Shown here piece by piece: positions 63,100 to 64,000 of a DNA stretch of 64,000 nucleotides. Numbering within the stretch: position 1 is the stretch's first letter; each line of letters starts with the position of its first letter. Made by a program: the position numbers and the translations under genes. The notes under the pieces are model-generated. The model had not been told where the DNA came from, did not search any database, and was given only the letters and a program-made list of their open reading frames with translations. The DNA is from Macrostomum lignano (lineage: Eukaryota). Location of the stretch: NCBI GenBank assembly GCA_002269645.1, contig NIVC01000102.1, positions 329,950-393,949 of the forward strand. Direction: 5' to 3'.

Positions 63100-64000
63100 A
63101 ATATATAAAGTCATGAATAGCTAAAACAGTTAAACAAACTGAATCAGATACATTAGCAGTGTAACAAATCCACTTTTCAGTTGTTTATTCATTTACTGTC
63201 TTTTTTAATTTCCAATAATTAAATCGTCGTTATTCGTTAAACGTAAAGTTCTTTCGAAGTATTGTTTATGTTCGTTTTTCACGCTTTGAAATATCACGCG
63301 CTTTCAAAAATACTACATCTTTTTTTTACAAACTCGCTTACCAAAGTAATCTCGCAATTAAAGCTATACCTCGTAATTTGTACTCATTTTTGTATTAATA
63401 TTTATACTCGTAGTTAGTTGTTAGTCGTCACTTTTCGTTCAAAAATACCGTAAAAATTCTGGCGCGCTTTCAAATACTTTATCTTTTACAATAACTCGGC
63501 AAATCGTCGTCAAATCGTCTTTATAAACTCCTATTGCGAAAATTTTTCCAAATACATAGCTCTATAATATATTGGCCAAACAGGCTAATTGCCTGAGCCA
63601 AATTCTCTTACTTACTACTACTTAATTTAACCTTAAGTTAAACTAATATTTTTGGCGCCAAATTCAAAATATTTGGCCCTTAATCTACCCGTAATATTTT
63701 GGCGCCGAATTAAAATAATAGTTTTATTTTGCTATTTTGTCGCCAAATAATTTAGGATTATTTTTGCGTTAAATTAAAATTCACTCTATTTTCACATATT
63801 TTCCCGAAAAGAGCTGACCGGCCCAGCACTGGCACGTCTGAACTCGAAAAAAAGTAAAATTAGTAAAACCGACCAGCTCTGGCGGCATTCCGTGACCAGT
63901 TAAAAACTGAGGGCAAAAGTGAAGAGCGAAAATAATTGAGAAGATCAGAGAGGGCCGGAAGTTGAAATTCAGAGTAGCACCGAGTTGGACAGGAAGTGAA

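Overview
Repeat-rich eukaryotic (animal) genomic DNA. The GT-AG introns, dense minisatellites and the retroelement families resemble a flatworm such as Macrostomum, but this is inference and not proven. The main feature is a minus-strand natriuretic-peptide-receptor-like receptor guanylyl cyclase locus. Nine constant exons (16952 to 6795) encode the second half of the ectodomain, the TM helix, the pseudokinase domain and a cyclase with its catalytic residues intact. Upstream lie four divergent N-terminal ectodomain cassettes: A (28098-25967), B (35876-32015), C (56405-55637) and D (61529-61111, first exon not found). Each ends in a phase-1 GT donor at the homologous position, in frame with the single shared acceptor at 16952. 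No cassette has downstream exons of its own that I could find. The three cassettes with a start codon each have a signal peptide and a CAGCCAAT box 110-190 bp upstream. This looks like a protocadherin/UGT1A-style variable-first-exon, constant-region system for a receptor guanylyl cyclase. That reading is inferred from genomic sequence only and needs transcript evidence. Also present: a frameshifted DEG/ENaC first exon, a very young internally deleted Ty3/gypsy element, an internally deleted RTE fragment, a tRNA-derived SINE, a MITE, Penelope-type hammerhead motifs, a LINE 3' fragment and about 30 micro/minisatellite arrays.
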